From Candidatus Spongiisociaceae bacterium (GTDB lineage: Bacteria > Actinomycetota > Acidimicrobiia > Spongiisociales > Spongiisociaceae): a stretch of 64,000 bases of DNA. Positions 1-9,886 of this stretch are shown here, in pieces. Under the pieces are notes generated by a model. It did no database searches. It was not told the origin of the DNA and saw only the letters and a program-made list of their open reading frames with translations. The first letter of the stretch is position 1, and every line of letters starts with the position of its first letter. The translations under genes were made by a program, and so were the position numbers. The stretch is from assembly GCA_965202665.1 (NCBI GenBank), contig OZ241841.1, forward strand, positions 2,336,001 to 2,400,000. Reading direction: 5' to 3'.

Positions 1-2
1 GG

Positions 3-278
3 GGACTGGCCGAGACCATCGCCCGCAAACAGTCGGAAATCGATGTCCAGTTGGCGGCGCAGGAGTCCCGCCGGGGCGAACTGACCCCGGCGGTCCCCCC
101 CGATTTGCTGGAATTGTACGAGGAGTTGCGGGCGCGGCGGGGCGGGGTGGTGGCGGGGGTTTTGAACGGACGCAGTTGCGGGGCCTGCCATATGGAAATG
201 TCCATGGCCGAATACGAAGAAGTGGTGGAGGAGTTTCCGCCCCGATGCATCCACTGCCAGGCCATAGTGGTCCCCTGA
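3..278 (+). CDS. C4-type zinc-ribbon domain protein (DUF164-like), 5'-partial
   Basis: Coiled-coil followed by CGACH...CIHC zinc ribbon; the frame is open from the window start. Confidence 0.8.
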   Translation, partial: GLAETIARKQSEIDVQLAAQESRRGELTPAVPPDLLELYEELRARRGGVVAGVLNGRSCGACHMEMSMAEYEEVVEEFPPRCIHCQAIVVP

Positions 279-785
279 ATGCTCTTTTGGCATCTGGGGG
301 GATCGCTGTTTCTGTTCCGCCACCTATTCCGAGACCCGGGGGTGGACGCAAGGTTCCTGCTGGCGGGAGCGATCCTCCCCGACCTGCTGGACAAACCAAT
401 AGGACTGGGCTTCCTAGGGTCGGGCCGCGTCTTCGCCCACACGCTGATTTTCGGCGGCGCCCTGCTAACGGCGGTGTTAATCACAACCCGCCGGGGCGGG
501 ACGGCCCGCAAACGATGGATGGCCCTGACGGTGGGAGTAATGTTCCATCTGCTGCTGGACGGAATGTGGGCAGCCCGCGAAATCCTGCTCTGGCCCCTCT
601 TCGGCTGGGAGTTCCCAACCGGAGCCCCCAACGACTGGACAATGCTCCGCTGGCCGCTCCTGATACAAGAAACAGCAGGCCTGGCCTACCTGATCTGGCT
701 ATGGCGCAAACACAACCTGTCCGCCCCCGCCCCCCGTCGCCGCTTCCTAAAAACCGGAACCCTCCCCACAGAAACCAAGGTATAG
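279..785 (+). CDS. Membrane-bound metal-dependent hydrolase (YdjM-like)
   Basis: H...LPDLLDKP...HT...HLLLD motifs and hydrophobic helices; starts immediately after the upstream stop. Confidence 0.75.
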   Translation: MLFWHLGGSLFLFRHLFRDPGVDARFLLAGAILPDLLDKPIGLGFLGSGRVFAHTLIFGGALLTAVLITTRRGGTARKRWMALTVGVMFHLLLDGMWAAREILLWPLFGWEFPTGAPNDWTMLRWPLLIQETAGLAYLIWLWRKHNLSAPAPRRRFLKTGTLPTETKV

Positions 786-813
786 TAGGTCGAGCAACCG
801 ACGAGGAAGAAAG

Positions 814-3261
814 ATGAGCATCCGCCAAGAAGCACAACAAGAGTTGTCTAATCTGGATTTGGACGAGGAAGTAGTCCAGTTGGCCCTAGCCGCTCTCGCT
901 GGCGAAGACGAGATAGAACGAGTCCTGTCCGGCGGAGAAGCGGATGTTCCCGAAGAACCGACGGATGCCAAAGCGCAGATTCCGACTATCTTTTTACAGA
1001 ATATAGCCGTTGCAGGATTTCGAGGTATTGGACCGGAAGCTACACTAGAAATCCCGCCGGGTCCCGGCCTAACGGTGGTGGTGGGCCGCAACGGTTCCGG
1101 CAAATCCAGCTTTTCGGAGGCCCTGGAGGTGTTGCTAACAGGAGACAGTTATCGCTGGAAAGACAAGCATAAGGCTTGGGAGAGAGGTTGGAAAAACCTC
1201 CACCAAGGCGATAACCCTAAAATAACTGCTCGCTTTCAGGTAGAAGGAATGAATAAACCGACCGTAGTTGAACGAACCTGGAACGAGGGTTCCGGAATAG
1301 CGGATTCCGAGTATTTTGCGCAACATCACGGTCAGCCCCGTTCTGATCTAGATGGAATAGGTTGGGAAGAACCGCTGAATCTTTACCGGCCCATTTTGTC
1401 GTATAATGAATTAAGTATGGTAGAGAGCCGTCCCACCACCCTGCATGATATACTAGCTGAAGTGCTAATGATCGGAGATTTATCCGTTGCCCCCAAAAAT
1501 TTAGCCCAAGTTCGACTTAAGAGGGAACGCTACAAAAAAGAAGTTGTCGAAGATTTGAAAGATAATATTCTTCCCGCACTGGAAGGCTCGGATGAGGAAA
1601 GAGCGATGAAGGTAAAGGAGGCTCTCACCAAGCGATCCTGGGATTTGAAAGTAATTACCGATCTTGGCTTGGAGCCCGATGCTGATTATAAAGTTTTACA
1701 AGATATAATGAACCTCGCAGTACCAGATGAAGAGAAGGTTACAGAAGTAGCCGAGGAGATTGATTTAGCCCATACCAGTTTGTCCAACAGATCCAGTACG
1801 GAAATAGAAAGCGCAGAACGCGTGAAGCGATTGTTGGAGACTGCGCTTAAACATTATGAATTGCCTCATAAGAACCAGCCTTGTCCCGTTTGCGGAGTGG
1901 GATTTCTTGATGATAGTTGGCATACAGGTGCTCTGGAACAGGTTAAACAACTGAAAGATATGACGCAAGGTTATCGGAAGGCTAAAAAAAATCTAGATCG
2001 GGCCTTAGATAAGGCCCGGCAACTGGCGGCTGTTCCAAAAACTAACCTGTCTTCCCGCGTCAAAAAACTGCGGGTCAGAATATCTATTTCTAATGTTCTT
2101 GACATCGATAGGTTAATTTCAGAGTGGGAACGGTGGAGTTCCTTTCCGGAGAGGGTAGATAAGACATTCGAACATTTTCGCTCACAATATTATACAGTCA
2201 AAAGGGAACGGAATATTGTTTCTAAACAGGCTAGAGAAATTTTCTCTGAACGAGAAGAAAAATGGAGAGCAATCTTGACTGAACTTCTAGAATGGGTTTC
2301 CAAGGCTCAAAAAGTTGTCAAAGAGAAACCGGAAATCGCTAAAATAAAGAAGGCCGAAGGGGCGATCAAAACTGTTACCGATAACATACGAAGCAGACGA
2401 TGGAGGCCTATAGAGTTACAAGCTTTAGATTTGTGGAATGATATTAAATTGGAGAGCAATGTAAATTTACGCTCTGTGGAACTTGCTGGTGCGCGCAACA
2501 TGAGAAGAGTCGATTTGCAAGTGGATGTAGACGGTATCAGAACAGAGGCCCTATCAGTGGTTAGCCAAGGGGAGTTAAGTTGTTTGGCATTGTCCCTTTT
2601 CTTCCCCCGTGCTATGTTGCCCGCCAGCCCTTTTCGTTTTTTGATGATTGATGATCCAGTTCAGGCTATGGATTCGGCCCGGGTTGACGGGCTAGCCCGA
2701 CTTTTTGCGAAGATAGCCGAGGATCGTCAGTTGATAGTGTTTACCCATGACAATCGTCTTCCCGAATCTTTACGTCTCCTCAATTTGGATCACCATTGTT
2801 TAGAGGTGGTTCGTCTAGCTAAATCGAAGGTGGAAGTTTCAGAAAAACGTGATCCTGTTATTCAGTATTTTTTTGATGCCCGCTCCATTATGAAAGACGA
2901 AAATTTTCCGGCAGATATGGCGAGGCGGGTAATCCCCGGTTTCTGCCGCGACGGTTTGGAGGCCGCCTGCGTAGAAGCAGTTTGGCGGAGAAGGCTGGGC
3001 AGAGGAAAGTCTCATCAGGCAATTGAAAAAGAGTTGCTTTATGCCAAAAAGTTGAGCCAAAAGGCCTCTTTAGTATTTTTTGATAAGATTGATAAGGGCG
3101 GTGAAGTTTTTAAAACAATTGCGGGTAAATGGGAAAGAAGGTTGGCCGACGCTTACAGCGATGCTAATAAAGGCACTCATAAAAAATATTCTGGCGAATT
3201 ACCCGCTCTGATAAATGACTGTCAAACGTTGGCGGAACGACTCCGTCGTCATAATGCTTAA
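814..3261 (+). CDS. Rad50/SbcC/RloC-like ABC ATPase with zinc hook and C-terminal extension
   Basis: Walker A GRNGSGKS, coiled coils with central CPVC, signature SQGE, Walker B LMIDDP, H-loop FTHD, C-terminal NKGTH; lower GC than flanks. Confidence 0.85.
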   Translation: MSIRQEAQQELSNLDLDEEVVQLALAALAGEDEIERVLSGGEADVPEEPTDAKAQIPTIFLQNIAVAGFRGIGPEATLEIPPGPGLTVVVGRNGSGKSSFSEALEVLLTGDSYRWKDKHKAWERGWKNLHQGDNPKITARFQVEGMNKPTVVERTWNEGSGIADSEYFAQHHGQPRSDLDGIGWEEPLNLYRPILSYNELSMVESRPTTLHDILAEVLMIGDLSVAPKNLAQVRLKRERYKKEVVEDLKDNILPALEGSDEERAMKVKEALTKRSWDLKVITDLGLEPDADYKVLQDIMNLAVPDEEKVTEVAEEIDLAHTSLSNRSSTEIESAERVKRLLETALKHYELPHKNQPCPVCGVGFLDDSWHTGALEQVKQLKDMTQGYRKAKKNLDRALDKARQLAAVPKTNLSSRVKKLRVRISISNVLDIDRLISEWERWSSFPERVDKTFEHFRSQYYTVKRERNIVSKQAREIFSEREEKWRAILTELLEWVSKAQKVVKEKPEIAKIKKAEGAIKTVTDNIRSRRWRPIELQALDLWNDIKLESNVNLRSVELAGARNMRRVDLQVDVDGIRTEALSVVSQGELSCLALSLFFPRAMLPASPFRFLMIDDPVQAMDSARVDGLARLFAKIAEDRQLIVFTHDNRLPESLRLLNLDHHCLEVVRLAKSKVEVSEKRDPVIQYFFDARSIMKDENFPADMARRVIPGFCRDGLEAACVEAVWRRRLGRGKSHQAIEKELLYAKKLSQKASLVFFDKIDKGGEVFKTIAGKWERRLADAYSDANKGTHKKYSGELPALINDCQTLAERLRRHNA

Positions 3262-3631
3262 TATAGAAGACATTCGTTTGTTGCTCGCTGGAAACCCAAG
3301 CTCAAAAGGAGTATGGCTCCGTGCTGCGGTATTTTTAACCCGTGGTGTGTTGGAAAGGGAGGTGGATAGATTATGGAGAGTTGCATTTGGCGGTAAGGGA
3401 CGCACGAATCGTCATACGCAGTTTATTTGCCTAAAGCAACTGGCGCGTGATGATCGTATTGACATGGATCCGGTGATGGCGGAAGACATACATTCTGCTT
3501 GGGCATCTCTCAGCAGAGCCTGTCATCATCACGAGTACGATTTGACGCCCACCGTTCCCGAACTGAAATTATGGATAAGACAAGTGGAGCGACTGGTTGA
3601 ACATTTGAAAGACAATTCTGAAGAGAAGTAG
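3254..3631 (+). CDS. Small helical protein, possible HEPN-like partner of the ATPase
   Basis: ATG at 3254 overlaps the ATPase stop; SRACHHHEY contains an Rx4H-like motif. Confidence 0.6.
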   Translation: MLNIEDIRLLLAGNPSSKGVWLRAAVFLTRGVLEREVDRLWRVAFGGKGRTNRHTQFICLKQLARDDRIDMDPVMAEDIHSAWASLSRACHHHEYDLTPTVPELKLWIRQVERLVEHLKDNSEEK

Positions 3632-3661
3632 GTGATCTTCCCAAACGGGGGGCGGTCTTCG

Positions 3662-4699
3662 TCAGGTGCCGGTGAGCAGAAGTTGTTGATTGTGTTCTTC
3701 GGTCTCAGCAGGTTCCGCGGGTTGGGGCGGGGCGGTGTTGGACACTGATGGTGAGGGGCTCAGCAGTGTTTTCAGTTCTTCGGGGGTTTGCGGGTTGGGC
3801 CAGGGTTGGGCTCCTTGTTCCCGTAGGGCGGTCAGTCCCGGACTGGGCAGGTCCCGCACATATACGGGGACCTGCTGGTCGGGATGCTTGTTTCTCTGCA
3901 GTTGGCTTTCGGCCCCCGCTTTGGTGCCGCCCTGCTCCGGGTGGGCGTCCACCACCAGGGCGGCGTCGGCCAGGTTGTAGATCAAAGCGTTGCGCCCCAT
4001 CGCCGTCCCGCGGCTAAACCCGGCCCCGGGATCGTAGGGCGAGACCATCAGCATCTGGTCGTTCACGATCCAGTCCCGCCGGTCGCGGGTCATTATTTCT
4101 TTTTCCAGTTTGGCCGCCAACACTCCGACTGTCCGCCCGCCCGCCTCCAAAGCCCCCGTCATCACCTCCCGGTCCGTCCCCCGCGCCCCGCCGGAAACCA
4201 CCGGGAGCGCGGCGCGGGCGGCCAGATCTCCCGTCCGCCGGGCGAAATCCAACGCCTCCTCGTCTGCCTCACGCGGCCCCACCACTGCCAGCCCGCTTTC
4301 GTTGAGAAGCGACCGGTCGCCGCACCCGTAGAGGATCGGGGGAGCGGAGCGGGGAAGGCGGTCCTGGAAATGGCGCGGGTATTCCTCGTCATAGGAACTT
4401 ATCACCCAGATGGCCCGCGTATGCCAATGGTCGACGGCCTGAGCCAAACGGCCGCCCCGCCCCAACAGGTCTTTGATGCGTTCCATACCGCCATCGCCCG
4501 ACGGGTAGTCGCCCAGGACCTCCTCCAGTCCCTCCAGTAGCAGGTCCGCCGGTTGGAATCCTTTCTCCCGCAAGTGCTCTTCCAGTTTCCGGTATTCCGG
4601 CAGACGCAGACGCTCGCTTGTTTCCCGATGTTTGCCCACATTGAGCGGCGCGGTCAGCAACAGGATGGCTTTAGTGTTGGGAAAAAGCGACCAGGTCAT
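3662..4699 (-). CDS. dprA: DprA/Smf (SLOG) DNA-processing protein
   Basis: LAVVGPRE, VVSGGARGTD, AMGRNALIY, GGT motifs; ATGA overlap with the RecQ-like stop. Confidence 0.85.
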   Translation of the reverse strand: MTWSLFPNTKAILLLTAPLNVGKHRETSERLRLPEYRKLEEHLREKGFQPADLLLEGLEEVLGDYPSGDGGMERIKDLLGRGGRLAQAVDHWHTRAIWVISSYDEEYPRHFQDRLPRSAPPILYGCGDRSLLNESGLAVVGPREADEEALDFARRTGDLAARAALPVVSGGARGTDREVMTGALEAGGRTVGVLAAKLEKEIMTRDRRDWIVNDQMLMVSPYDPGAGFSRGTAMGRNALIYNLADAALVVDAHPEQGGTKAGAESQLQRNKHPDQQVPVYVRDLPSPGLTALREQGAQPWPNPQTPEELKTLLSPSPSVSNTAPPQPAEPAETEEHNQQLLLTGT

Positions 4700-6791
4700 G
4701 AACTTCCCGCTTTCGCCAAAGCCAACGGCCACACTTCGCCCGCGCCGTGCGTGCGGAGCAACCAGGCGCATACGGTCATCGTCCACCGCGAATCCGCCAT
4801 ATCATCCACCAACAGTACCGGTTCCCGGAGGAGCCCGCCGGTCAGCCGGGAGTTCACTCGGAATGCCCCATCCAAGTTGCGGGCCTGCCAATAGCTGTTG
4901 CGCATCCCCTTTTGCTGTTTCTGTTTCCGGCCGGTGTCTTCCAAAACCATATGGAAGGGAATCCCCAGGGCGTCGGCCAGCCGCTGGGCGAAGTCGGGCA
5001 CTAGGTCGGGATGATCGCGCGACGGCACGCAGGTGACCCATTTCGGTTCCGGCTCGGGTTTCCAGTCCTGCAACAGTTTCACGCAGCCTTCCACCAGCTG
5101 GTCGGAGAAACGGTCGTCTTGATATTTTCCTCGCTCTACCAACCGTCCCAACGTTCCGTTTCCCCATTGACACAATATCTTGCCCGGCTGATGCCGGTGT
5201 TCTTGCTCGATCCGCCCTTCAACCTTGTAGAAAGACAGAACGTCCCCCGGCCACTTTTTGCGCGGTTCGATTACGTACCAATCCCGGCTCAGGAAATCCG
5301 CCGCCGCCGTCTTCATCTGATCGGACGCCGTTGTGGGCGGGGGAGGCAGATTGTGGGTGGGGGCGGTCGCGGAGTGTGTGTCGTCTAAAGCCTTGACCAG
5401 AAACTCCATATGCTCCTCCGACAGGGCGGCGTATTCCCGCATTTGGGCCTGTTCGCGGCGGCGTATCCGGTCGAGGCGCTCCACCCGTTCCCGAAACCCT
5501 TCGCCCAGAAGGTGCGGGGTCAGCTGATAGCGGTTGCCCTGTTTGGCCAGCGGAGCGGGGGTTTCCACTTCCAGCAATTTCAGGGTTTGGTTCAACCGTT
5601 TCGCATTGATGTTCACTGCGGCCTGGAGCCCGTGGTACGTTAGTCCCTCATCTGATTCTTGCAGGGCGTCCAACACTTCTTCCACTTCTTCCCGGCTGGG
5701 GAAGGCGGTTTCTCGGAAATAATTGATTATGTCCTGGTCTTCCGCCCCGCTCAGCAACACCCCGTAGGCCCCGCTGGTGCCGCGGCCGGCCCTGCCCACC
5801 TGCTGGTAGTAGGCGACCGCTGATCCGGGGGCCTGATAGTGGATGACGAACCCCAAGTCCGGTTTGTCGAATCCCATCCCCAGGGCGGAGGTGGCCGCCA
5901 AGGCTTTGACCCCGTTGTCGAGCAGGGCGTTTTCCAGGTGCGGACGTTCGTCGGGGTCGGTGGATCCGGTATAGGCGCGGACATCCAGCCCGCGGCTTTG
6001 CAACCATCGGGCCACCTGCTCCGCGTCCCGGATGGTCAAAGTGTAAATGATTCCGCTGCCGGGCAACTGCGGCAGATGCTCCGCCAGCCAGGCCAGACGT
6101 TCCCGGGGGTTGGGCATGGCCATGGTCTGCAAGAGCAGGGAGGGGCGGCGCAGGTCGCCGCGCACCACCTGCAACCCGGGCCCCAGCGTTTTTTGCACAT
6201 CTTCGATAACCCGGTCGTTGGCGGTGGCGGTAGTTGAAAGTACGGGAACATTGTCGGGCAACCCCCGCACCATGCTTTCTATCCGGCGGTAATCCGGCCG
6301 GAAGTCGTGTCCCCAGTCCGATATGCAATGGGCTTCGTCGACGACCCACATTCCGGGTCGGCTGAAATAGGGGGAATAAACCTCGTCGAGGAATTGCCGA
6401 TTACCCAGCCGTTCGGGGGACACCAGCAGTACATCCACTTCGTTGCGGGACAGCCGTTCGATGACCGAATCCCATTCCAACCTGTTGTCGGAGTTGATCG
6501 TGTCGGCCCTCACCTCCAAACGTTTGGTCATCTCAATCTGGTTGCGCATCAAAGCCAGCAGGGGCGATATGAGCAGAACCGGCCCGCTCCCCGCAAGCGC
6601 AGAAGCTTGGCGGCTATGAAATACACGAAGCTCTTGCCCCATCCGGTTTTCTGGACCAGCAACAGCTTTCTGCGGCCGCCGCCCTCCACCAAGAAGCGGA
6701 TGGTCTCTTCTTGGTCGGGGCGGAACGCGGCGTTGGGGTCGTCGGCTCCGGCGCGGAGCAGTCGATGGGCGAGTTGGGCGTCGTATGTCAT
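4696..6791 (-). pseudogene. RecQ-family helicase with C-terminal ComF/PRTase-like domain, frameshifted near 6585
   Basis: Walker A QKTGWGKS lies in ORF 6549..6944. SPLLALMRNQ, DEAHCISDWGHDFRPDY, QQVGRAGR and VLLVDD lie in ORF 4696..6987. One base is missing at the junction (mutation or sequencing error). Confidence 0.75.
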
Positions 6792-7459
6792 GGCGGTAAA
6801 CCTTATTCGGGGGGTGTGACGGAAATGAGGATGGGAGCGACGGGGACGGGTGTTGGGGACAAATCGAACCGTATGTGTCCGCCACCCAACAAATCCACAT
6901 AGAACCTGTCCGGTAACTCCGCCCATCCAACAATCCACTCGCACGGCACGCCATCACCGTCCGGGTCAAACTTGGAGTTCCACTCAAACCCAGCCAGCGC
7001 CGCCCCCACCGTCGTCATCCTCCACACCTGCCGAGATGCACCCTGCCATTCCCGGCATCTGGCGTATTTTGTCTGCGCCTCATCCCAGCACAGCATCATA
7101 AATCCCGTAGATATCGTGCCTTCGGTGATTGTCACCCTTGCCGCTCGCCGGGTCGGTTCGTAGTCGCAATCCCAGATGTGTTGGCCGCCTGCCGACCACC
7201 GAAGCCGCGATTCTCGGCCAGCGACGGGTATCGCACTAACTGCCAGAATCATCAGGGCGCACAAGGCGGCAGCCAGGCGCCTCATATGTCTCCTGGAGCC
7301 GCGGCCCTCCTCCAGGAAGCGGATGGCCTCTTCTTGGCCGGGGCGGAACGCGGCGTTTGGGTCGTCGGCTCCGGCGCGGAGCCGTTGATGGGTGTGTTGG
7401 TTGTCGTATGTCATAGTGGGAAACCTTATCCGGGGGGTGTGACAGAAACGGGGATGGGG
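6681..7459. repeat. Imperfect ~155-bp direct repeat of the recQ promoter and 5' end (about 6681-6836 and 7304-7459)
   Basis: Both copies encode MTYD...LRAGADDPNAAFRP.QEE.IRFL and share the upstream GTCACACCCCCC..ATAAGGTTT. Confidence 0.85.
6803..7285 (-). CDS. Secreted protein with an Excalibur-like Ca-binding motif
   Basis: AGGAG RBS, signal peptide MRRLAAALCALMILAVSA, C-terminal FDPDGDGVPCE. Confidence 0.55.
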   Translation of the reverse strand: MRRLAAALCALMILAVSAIPVAGRESRLRWSAGGQHIWDCDYEPTRRAARVTITEGTISTGFMMLCWDEAQTKYARCREWQGASRQVWRMTTVGAALAGFEWNSKFDPDGDGVPCEWIVGWAELPDRFYVDLLGGGHIRFDLSPTPVPVAPILISVTPPE

Positions 7460-7462
7460 CCG

Positions 7463-8704
7463 TCAGGGGGCGGGACCGGCGCGGGCGGGAGGCTGGCGCC
7501 GGGACGGGACGGGCGGCCCGGCGCGGGGGCGGGTCCGCCACTCGCCGCCGACTTTGGCCAACTCCAGGTTGCGTTCCTGCAACCTTCGGTGGTGGGCGCC
7601 GCACAGCGAAGCCAGGTTGTCGATGTCGGTTGCGCCCCCGGCGTGCCAGTCGAGCACATGATGCAGTTGGGTCTGGTGGGAGGGGGCGTCGCAGGGCAGC
7701 ACGCAACCCCGGTCGCGAATGGCCGCTACCAGTTTTTGCGAAGCGTTGGCCAGCCGACGGCTTCGTCCCAGCCACAGCGGGTTGCCCGACCGGTCGAATA
7801 TTGCCCCCGCTATGTGGGCGTCGGGGGACAGCAGGCGCAGGATGGAGGGCGGAACGGGCCCCGTATCCAAGATTTCGCATTTCCCGTCCGGGTTGGTTCC
7901 GTCGAACAGGCCCAGTTCGGCGGTGATGATCAGGCGGGTGGAGGCCTTGCCCCCCATCCCTTCCATAGGGCGGAGATGGTCGGCGTCCCGGCCGGTCAGC
8001 AGTTCGAACAAGGCATCGGCCCGGCGTTGGTCGCCGGTGCGGACATCGTCGGGCGGAACCTCGCCGCCGCCGTCGGCCCGGCGCAGGGCTTCGGCGCGGA
8101 GATCCAAGGCTTGCCGGACCTGTCCGAAGCGGATGGGGTCCAACTCGGCGTGCACCACGCCCATTTGTTTGGAGTGGTCCCAGAAGGCGTACGCTTTGCG
8201 CCGCGCCCGTTGCCGCTTCAACTGTTCTTCGCCGCGGTCCGGGGAGTTGGCGTTGGCCCATTGGCGGGCCCGTTTGCGGAAACGGTCCGGGTCGGCGGCC
8301 GCCGCGTCTTCCAGCAGGCCCCGGTCCCCGTCCACCCGGCGGGGGCCGCATTCCCCGGCGGCGGCGGCCAAGGCGGCGACGTGGTCCAAAGTGATCTCGC
8401 CCGCCTGCAATTTGGCGCGGGCGTTGGGCATTTCCTCCAACTTCTGCGCCACCTTGGTCATCTGCTTGGCGTCCCGCCGGGTTATCCGCAGGGCGTCCCG
8501 CAGTTCCTCCTCCGACCCGGTTGCGCCGTCTGCGGCCAGACGGGAGGCTATGGAGCATTCCAAGGCGGACAGTCCGGCTTTGAGCCGGCCCAGTTCCTCT
8601 CCCAAGCGGCGCACCTCCTCCAAAGTGAGGCGATGGCCGGCCTGTTCGGCCCAGGCGGGCAACCCTTCCCGGAAGGAACGGCATTGGCGAATAATTTCAT
8701 TCAT
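7463..8704 (-). CDS. DUF222 (13E12 repeat) HNH endonuclease
   Basis: QRRADAL, LWLGRSRRLA, RDRGC...C...LHHVLDWHAGGATDIDNLASLCGAHH. Confidence 0.9.
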   Translation of the reverse strand: MNEIIRQCRSFREGLPAWAEQAGHRLTLEEVRRLGEELGRLKAGLSALECSIASRLAADGATGSEEELRDALRITRRDAKQMTKVAQKLEEMPNARAKLQAGEITLDHVAALAAAAGECGPRRVDGDRGLLEDAAAADPDRFRKRARQWANANSPDRGEEQLKRQRARRKAYAFWDHSKQMGVVHAELDPIRFGQVRQALDLRAEALRRADGGGEVPPDDVRTGDQRRADALFELLTGRDADHLRPMEGMGGKASTRLIITAELGLFDGTNPDGKCEILDTGPVPPSILRLLSPDAHIAGAIFDRSGNPLWLGRSRRLANASQKLVAAIRDRGCVLPCDAPSHQTQLHHVLDWHAGGATDIDNLASLCGAHHRRLQERNLELAKVGGEWRTRPRAGPPVPSRRQPPARAGPAP

Positions 8705-8711
8705 AACCCCC

Positions 8712-8733
8712 AACTTAGGAGGGGGGTGTGACA
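8712..8733 (-). promoter_or_regulatory. PafBC/RecA-NDp-like DNA-damage promoter TGTCAC-N10-TAAGTT (leaderless)
   Basis: Motif lies 7 nt before the HNH ATG; the same motif and spacing occur before both recQ 5' copies. Confidence 0.55.
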
Positions 8734-8827
8734 TTTTTTGGCGGGATGTCCCCCAACGGACAAAATCAGGCAAAAAACCTGAATTTTCTCGGCGTTCCCG
8801 GCCCGAACGGGGCGAACCGGCCGGGGT

Positions 8828-9820
8828 TTATCCGTCGGCGACGGCGCGCAGGGCGGGCAGCACCTTGGCTCCCAGCAGGTCGATCAGGCCTTCCTGGTCG
8901 ACGGCGGCCATCTGGATGGTTACCACATCGGCGTCGATGTCTTTCACCAGCGGTTCGTAGACGTCGATGATGCCGGCGGCGTCGGCGGTTCGGGCGTAGC
9001 GGCCCAGCACCTCCTCGCGGGGCAGGTCGTCGGCCCGTTCCCGCAGGGTCATCGGATCCACCGCCTCCAACCGGCCCGGGGCCCGCAGCCCCCGCCAGGA
9101 AAACAGCGCCCGCCAGGCTTCGTCATCGTCCCCGGCCAGGATCGCCCACCGGGAGGTGAGGACGATGGGGGCCGGACGGCCATGGTCGGCGGCCTCTTCC
9201 CGAACGGGGCCGATCACCCGCTCCACGGCCTCCGCCGGGTCTTTCACCGACACGATCACCCCGTCCGCTTTGCGCCCCGCCAGCCGGGCCGACTTGGGGC
9301 CGCCCGCCGCCATCAGAATCGGCACCCGGGACAGAGGGGGGGAATAAAGTTTGGCCCGGTCGGTCACGTAATATTCGCCCCGGTAGGTGAGTTTTTCCCC
9401 GTCCAGCATGCGGCGCATTATTTGCAGGGCCTCGTCCATCCGGGCCGCCCGCTCGGCGTATTTGGGGAAATGGTATCCGAGGGGGCCTTCGTTGATGTTC
9501 TCCCCGGTTCCCACTCCCAGGTTGAACCGCCCGCCGCTCAGCCGGTCCAAAGTGGCGGCCGCCTGGGCGACCAGGGCCGGATGGAACCTCCACAGGGGAG
9601 TGGTCACCCCGGTGGTGAACTCCACCCGCTCGGTGGCCTGCGCCATGGCGGCGATGGTGGCGTAGGCGAACCCGGAGGCGGAGGCGTCGTCCACCCAGGG
9701 ATGAAAATGCTCGGAGACCACCAGCATGTCGAACCCGGCCTGCTCGGCCCGCACCGCATGCTCCACCAGCTGCTCCGGATGCCACTGCTCATGGCCGCAG
9801 AAATAAGCGAATTTGGTCAT
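8828..9820 (-). CDS. F420-dependent LLM-class oxidoreductase (G6PDH/TIGR03557-like)
   Basis: GHEQ, SEHFHPW, LGVGTGENINE, AAGGPKSA; AGGAGG RBS. Confidence 0.9.
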   Translation of the reverse strand: MTKFAYFCGHEQWHPEQLVEHAVRAEQAGFDMLVVSEHFHPWVDDASASGFAYATIAAMAQATERVEFTTGVTTPLWRFHPALVAQAAATLDRLSGGRFNLGVGTGENINEGPLGYHFPKYAERAARMDEALQIMRRMLDGEKLTYRGEYYVTDRAKLYSPPLSRVPILMAAGGPKSARLAGRKADGVIVSVKDPAEAVERVIGPVREEAADHGRPAPIVLTSRWAILAGDDDEAWRALFSWRGLRAPGRLEAVDPMTLRERADDLPREEVLGRYARTADAAGIIDVYEPLVKDIDADVVTIQMAAVDQEGLIDLLGAKVLPALRAVADG

Positions 9821-9886
9821 AGGTCCTCCTAGGGGGCATAGTGGATTTGGCATGCCTGCCCCGACCAGTCTAATATGGCCCCCGCT

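Noticed and set aside
814-3261. Canonical sbcC or recF
   Set aside because: No sbcD partner, atypical GC, and an extra C-terminal domain.
7178-8960. Long plus-strand ORFs of 517 and 413 aa
   Set aside because: Antisense shadows of the DUF222-HNH gene.
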